64,000 nucleotides of DNA from Hormiphora californensis (Eukaryota; Animalia; Ctenophora): contig CM035359.1 in assembly GCA_020137815.1 (NCBI GenBank), positions 3,410,001 to 3,474,000 on the forward strand. The letters run 5' to 3'. Position 1 is the first letter of the stretch, and the number at the start of each line of letters is the position of its first letter. Positions 58,201 to 64,000 of this stretch are shown here, piece after piece. Made by a program: the position numbers and the translations under genes. The notes beneath the pieces were generated by a model, which was not told the DNA's origin, did not search any database, and worked only from the letters and a program-made list of their open reading frames with translations.

Positions 58201-59079
58201 ACCCATAAAAGCCTAAAACCTTTAAAAAATTTAAAAAATCCTAAATTTACGATTTGACCACTAAACAATTTTTTGACTTCTAATGTGACACCAAAGACCA
58301 TTCTGACCGAGTTTTATCATAATCAGGACTGTTCTCTCTCACTTTAAAGAATTAAAATCAAGTTATAGAGTTGAAAAAACAACAAAAAACACTAAAAATT
58401 TCATTTTGCCCATTTTTGCCCACTTTTGCCCATTTTTGCCCATATGGGCAAAACCAAAATTCGCTGGGATTATGGGCAATGGGCAAAAAAAAAAAGTGTT
58501 GCCCCCCCCCCAATTGAAAACCTGAAAAACAACTTACAGTGGCCAATAGAAGTGCATCATAAGTTTTACACTGTGTATCGGTTAGCACGCACTGCAGGAA
58601 GCCCGTTCCATCTCTCAAGACTAGGAAGATCAGGTTCTTTCCTTGTCTTCGTAATCGATGTACCCAACCAAACACCTGAAATTAATTAATTAATTAGTCA
58701 ATTATACATGTGTATCTCAGTTATTTTGGTCATACCATTTTTCCCCGCACGGTGAAGGCATTCACCCGGATATGGATGCCTTTTGTAAAAAGGCATAGGG
58801 GTTTAGAATTCGACAATTTTGCATACTAGATGAATAGTAACTTTCTAGGAGTCAGTAAAAACCTTTAAAAAGTTATGGATACTCTGTAATACAGAGTCTG
58901 TATCTGTTATATACTTATTGTTAAATACTTTTTTTTGGAATCTTGAATCTAATTTTAATCTTGAATGGGTCTTGAATCTTCAGTAACTTTGTTCCGAGAG
59001 CCTCTACACATTACATACCTCAAATCACACTACATACATGCACGAGTGGAAGAGGGAGAGAGAGAGGGAGGGAGGGAGG

Positions 59080-59146
<67 letters not shown>

Positions 59147-60864
59147 CTAATGTTCCATCCCTCGATATAGATCTGGGAAAATCATCTCTTGCATGGCTGT
59201 ATATCCTTCACTTCCTCTGTTTTTAGCTCGACTATCCGACTCTTGATTTTGAATCTTTTGAAGCAAAGTTATTCGCTAAATTTCGTTCAAATGATGCCAC
59301 CACCACCACCAAAAAAGAAGCAGAAGATCAAGAAGCAGACACTTCCCCCTTCAAGACAAAAAGAGTACAGGAAGAGCTATGCTGCTCGTCGGAGGAAAGT
59401 AAAACTTGAAAATGAGCTGAAAAGTTTACACGAGGAACAAATGGAGGAGCGAAATGATATGATGCTAAGATTGGAAAAAGCGGAGGAAATGGTAGCGTTA
59501 CTGCAGGAAGAGATGGAGGTATTGAAAAGGGACAGTAGAGTGCTGAGAGAACTGGTTGCGAAATTAGGATTGTCCGTTAGATGTGATGCTATTGAAAACT
59601 AGCAAACTTAGTAGAATTGTTTTAGTGAATTGTAATATACTCGTGAGATCAATTGTGTAACGATTAATTTAGTATTACAACTTCAACTATATGCTATAGT
59701 TTACTAAATCTGTGTTATTTCTATCTTACCTTCACTCTTTGATCCCTCAGCTCCCCCAAACTGCTAATCTTGGCTTGTTTTGCAGTTGGTAGTGAGGGGT
59801 CTTCTGAGATAGTGATCGATTTACTGTCTTCCAAATTAGCAGCACGTTTCGCAGCCTCTTCCGCGTCTTTCTCAGCTTTTCCTTTAGACTTACTGATCTG
59901 TGGGAAAGATTGTGAGGAAAATAGAGGGAGAGCAAATATTTAGTTTAGTACCCAGCGGGGATTGTGTGGGATACCCTGGGAAAAAAGGGAGATCCAAATT
60001 CACAATTCTTTACCTCTCGGTTGTACACTTTAGTGAGCTTTTTCAGTTGAGCCTGTGAAATAACACTGAACTTCTCTCCTCCCTCTTCCTTTGAGTCAAC
60101 ATAAATCGTTGGGAAGGGCTCCTGGTGGGAGATATAACTTAACCAATTACGGAAACGAATCAGGTTCCGAACAACATAGCTGGGCGAGGAGGCGCTACCG
60201 CCATCTGAGGCGTTTCACCCCTCACGCGCACCTAAAAACACAGAGTCTAATGCCGGCAATAGCTAGTTGTCATAACTAGCGCGCGCTACATACTAGCAAT
60301 AGGGTTGTTCGCGCGACACGGCAGTCACCAACTCATCACACTCACACTGCAGTACATTTTATGTATCATGAATATCATGAATGAATATTGTACTCACTTT
60401 TGCCCAATGACGCATCGCTTGAAGGGGTGTCTTAAAAGGGTTATCAGCCGTCCCTTCTCCCTTATCATCACTACCCAGTTTGTCTGATGTGTATAAAGGC
60501 TGAACCTGGGGGAGAATCGTGGGATTTTAAAAACATTCCCCCAAAACCAATTCCACCCTCCCCTGACAACCCTATTTCATGATAACAGGTCCCCAAATTA
60601 TTTTCACCTCGTACCTCTGTGGCCATGGTCATGGTTCGTGCGATTGGTCGAACTACTGCAGTGGGTTTTGAAACTGGCGGCGGGCTCACAGGAGCTGCTG
60701 TTGGTATAGGACGGAGTACAGAGGGTGTGGTGGTTTGTATAGGACGGTAGGTTGCACTCTGTCTAAGAGGGGGAGGTATCAAGTACTAGCTGTACTTTAC
60801 ACACACACATGAGAAACACACATAACACGAGATCACACTAAGATGTAGAGGGTGAGAGAGAGAT

Positions 60865-60921
<57 letters not shown>

Positions 60922-61044
60922 TAGAGAGAGAGATAGAGATAGAGAGAGAGAGAGAGAGAGAGATAGAGAGAGAGATATCCAAGTTTTTCAAACTTACAGA
61001 TTTGAAGCAGTAACACGGTATGCTCTACTGACAAGTCTCAGCAT
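55208..61044 (-). CDS. NARS1: Asparagine--tRNA ligase, cytosolic type, with N-terminal mitochondrial-presequence extension
   Basis: Exons 60998-61044, 60615-60762, 60398-60505, 60014-60121, 59730-59897, 58538-58675, 57399-57552, 57106-57227, 56789-56924, 56563-56672, 56264-56444, 55984-56105, 55732-55858, 55462-55549, 55208-55289, phase-consistent. Eukaryote-specific N-extension ([12 protein letters not shown]...[14 protein letters not shown]), [55 protein letters not shown]. Confidence 0.93.
57881..58511. mobile_element. Non-autonomous element with G/C-run termini and 8-bp TSD
   Basis: TSD aattgaaa at 57873-57880 and 58512-58519; long imperfect internal inverted repeats with tttgccca subrepeats. 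Confidence 0.75.
59291..59602 (+). CDS. Small basic/coiled-coil (bZIP-like) protein, 103 aa, nested antisense in a NARS1 intron
   Basis: [12 protein letters not shown]-like stretch, [17 protein letters not shown] basic region and heptad-spaced L/M. An upstream acceptor ctctgtttttag ends at 59226. Confidence 0.55.
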   Translation: MMPPPPPKKKQKIKKQTLPPSRQKEYRKSYAARRRKVKLENELKSLHEEQMEERNDMMLRLEKAEEMVALLQEEMEVLKRDSRVLRELVAKLGLSVRCDAIEN

Positions 61045-61524
61045 ACATCACTATCCAGTGCTAAACAAAACAGAAAACCAGTTAGTATTTAGATCTCACC
61101 AAATAAAATGTGCTTTACAAATCACACACAAGTGTGATCAAAATCACACAAATCACACTGATCACACACACACACACACACACAGGAAACACCCGATATA
61201 CTTTCGTTTTGAGCGCCCTTTCAGTCGCCAGGCCCGTGTCATTCAATTGAAAACTGTCTTAAATTTGGCTGAGAAAAGTAAAAGAATTGATGTTGAATAT
61301 TTTACAAAAAGAGAAAGACAAAACACACAAGAGCTCTTAGAACATGCGTAATACTTTTTCAACATTGTTAATAAATAAACTAGCACAAAGCACTCTCTCA
61401 TATAACATTGAACTGTTTATTCTGTTCTCACTCTTTCTAGTTAACTTGTTCCTCTTTGCCACACCCCTCCTCCCTCTCATATTGCCTTGCTCGACCCCCT
61501 TGTAAAGGAGGATTAGAACAACTC

Positions 61525-63067
61525 TCATGTCGCCGCTTCTTTGTTCCACCTCGATCGAATGACAATGTACAGCAGTTGCACAAAAAGTCCGGCAAACAAA
61601 AGTAACAGGAAGTTTCGTGTTGTGTGTGGAGATGAGGGTAGTAGGTTCTGGACTAACTTCTTAGGACCTTCCGAGAATACCTGAGTGAGTAGAGGTTGTT
61701 AGTTAGATCTGTCAAACCGAGAGAGGAAGGAGTAATATTAATCGTTTTATATTGGCCTGGGTACCGGGGAGAGAGATGTGAAACTGCACTGACAATAACA
61801 AAGTTATGACGTTGCTTCCTACCAACTTCTAACTCTCTTTATCCCTATCTCTCCTCTCTTTTTATCTCCCTATCTCTCTTTACTTACTATTCGGTTAGGA
61901 TTGCTGTATGTAGAAGGTAGTTTCATGGTGGACCCTACTTCCAATACTTCACACTTCATGTAGTGTTTCCCAGTCTCCGTTATCCTAACTGCAGAGGGAA
62001 GTTAGTATCACGTCATTCGTCCAATATGAACTGATATTATCATGTCAGTAGCAATTGTCTTACAAAAGACGGCCCTCTCCGAATCGTGCGCGACATCACA
62101 GTCATGTGTTATCACAAATCAGGTTGTGTTCAGAACCAGAATATTCCGTATCGTAAAAAAAAGAGAAAGGGATCGGTGGAAGAATGAATTATTGAATGAG
62201 CTAAAAAAGGTATCGGTGGAAGAATGAATTATTGAATGAGCTAACTCCTTCCTCACCTGTCAGGGTGGATCCCATGTAAGATTCATCCTTAGGCACCAAC
62301 ACCTGCTCATAAAACTTGTTATGACCCACGTAGTGCTCTCCATCGGTAGCTAGCTCAGTCACTAACACTGTTTCTACACTGCCTGAGATATAGGATCATA
62401 GTGTGCAGTGTTGCCTTTCTAAGACCCATACAAAAAGGCTACGAAGTCTGATCAATACATTTGTTCAACAGGATATATTTTTAATATAACCTACCAATTT
62501 TCCCTTTATAAGGGAACTGCTTCTGGAAGATCTCGGTGGCTCGTTTGGTCCTCAATTTCACCTGGTCAGCGGGTATCCTTTTCATCCTTGCTGCTGGTGT
62601 TCCGGGACGGGGAAAGAACTGGTTGATGAAGAGGGAGGGAAACTGGTACCGGTCTATCAGGGCTAGTGTCTCGTTGAAGTCTTCCTGTAGGGTGGGACGT
62701 GGGTGGTTACTGGTTAGTAGGGTGGGACGTGGGAGGTTAGTAGGGTGGGACGTGGGTGGTTAGTAGGGTGGGACGTAGGTGGTTAGTAGGGTGGGACGTG
62801 GGTGGTTAATAGTGGTTAGTAGTCAGAAGGGTGGTTAGTTGCCCGGTAAATCGGGGCAAATACAGTAAATTTCCTATGCCAGGGGGCGTTCATCCTCCCG
62901 GTAAATCAGGGGGTTCGACTGTAGTACCTCAGTCTCAGTTGGAAATCCGCAGATAATATCGGTTGCTATGGTAACACCGGGTACGTGTTCCCGGAGATAA
63001 TCAACTACTTTCCTAAACTCCCCACATGTGTACTCTCTCTTCATATCCTCCAGGACGTTATCACTGG
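61525..63067 (-). CDS. CDKAL1: Threonylcarbamoyladenosine tRNA methylthiotransferase (3' exons; gene continues beyond the window)
   Basis: Exons 62928-63067, 62495-62684, 62257-62382, 61888-61988, 61525-61680. Motifs [61 protein letters not shown], and C-terminal TM anchor [17 protein letters not shown]. Confidence 0.92.
62688..62822. repeat. 22-bp tandem repeat (tagggtgggacgtgggtggttag)
   Basis: About 5 units are visible. Confidence 0.85.
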
Positions 63068-63148
63068 CTGGGTAAAGAGAGGGGGTTAGGTTTGGAGAAG
63101 AGAGTGCGAAGTAGAGGGTTAGGCTTGGAGGAGAGGGTGAGTGAGAGT

Positions 63149-63223
<75 letters not shown>

Positions 63224-63439
63224 AGAGAGAGTGAGAGAGAGAGAGAGGATGTGTGCTAGTTAACGGAGGCAGTCCGGACAATGTCAGTTCTGGACAGTAC
63301 TATGGAACTAGATGTGATGTTGCCTGGTACTGCAACTACCGCCGGCACCCACCGCACCACCCACAGAACGTGGGTGTGGCAATGAAACTGGGTGAAATTC
63401 CAGTACCGGACAAGGTGGTAGGACCAGGCAATTTACCGA

Positions 63440-63675
63440 TTACGTACGATAATGCCTACGGTCAATAATGCCTACAGGGGTTAAGGGCATAGATAATTGG
63501 GTGTAGGCAAAACCGTCAAAACAGCAATAATGCCTACAGTAAAGTACGATAATGCCTACGGGCAATAATGCCTACAGCATAGATAATTGGGTGTAGGCAA
63601 AAGCGTCAAAATTACTGCTGATATGGCAATAATGCCTACAGGGGTGATTGGGTGTAGGCAAAAGCGTCAAAACAT
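63440..63675. repeat. Dispersed repeat built of ataatgcctac / gcaaaagcgtcaaaa modules
   Basis: Related to 57720-57840. Confidence 0.65.
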
Positions 63676-64000
63676 CAGATCACGATTAGTAACGACTAAG
63701 TAGCGACGTAACCCTGAGGAGACAATACGAGATATGGAACATGATTCGGGGAAGCCAATCAGGAGTGTTAGACGACATGAGACACGATTCGCGGAAGGTT
63801 TCTATCTCATTCTATCCTTATGTGACCATGCCCTCTGTGTCGCTCTGTCTCCTTCTCTCTCACTTTCTCTGAGGGAGAAGGAGAAATATGGAGAAAGAGA
63901 GATGCCCATAACTTTTTTACCGAGACAGAAAGACAGTTGAGCTCCGTGGGAATGGGTTTCGCCGCTTTCCCAGCAGGTAGATGTAGGCGGTTCTCGGTCG

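Noticed and set aside
62962-62975. X-box-like gttgctatggtaac
   Set aside because: It lies in the conserved CDKAL1 coding sequence (VTIAT) and is explained by codons.

Overview
Eukaryotic, intron-rich, AT-rich animal DNA. It is most likely a ctenophore (Pleurobrachia/Hormiphora-like); this is inferred from a ctenophore-type spliced-leader sequence, pervasive nested intronic genes and an MTS-extended cytosolic aaRS. Gene models assembled by hand from GT-AG junctions and reading frame: a double-PHD + MYST histone acetyltransferase (KAT6/KAT7 family, +, 14 exons), a ~101-aa orphan (+), MFSD8/CLN7 (-), cytosolic-type asparaginyl-tRNA synthetase NARS1 (-), and the 3' part of CDKAL1 (-). Four genes are nested in their introns: a same-strand intronless 7TM protein, an F-type-lectin-like secreted protein, a 6-exon class-A GPCR and a bZIP-like ORF. 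There is also a probable decayed GPCR. Mobile DNA is dense: a 5'-truncated CRE-clade RT/RLE retrotransposon, a full-length CR1-like LINE inserted in the TIR of a DNA transposon, many MITE/foldback families with diagnosable TSDs, and a Penelope-like hairpin with a hammerhead-like core. Three observations stand out. (1) The full-length LINE starts with what looks like a retro-copied spliced leader, suggesting a promoter-less element whose 5' end is regenerated by trans-splicing. (2) NARS1 has two extra upstream exons encoding a mitochondrial presequence plus an internal AUG, suggesting dual targeting, possibly switched by alternative trans-splicing. (3) One gene is nested on the same strand as its host. 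No database searches were possible; family calls rest on recognised motifs.
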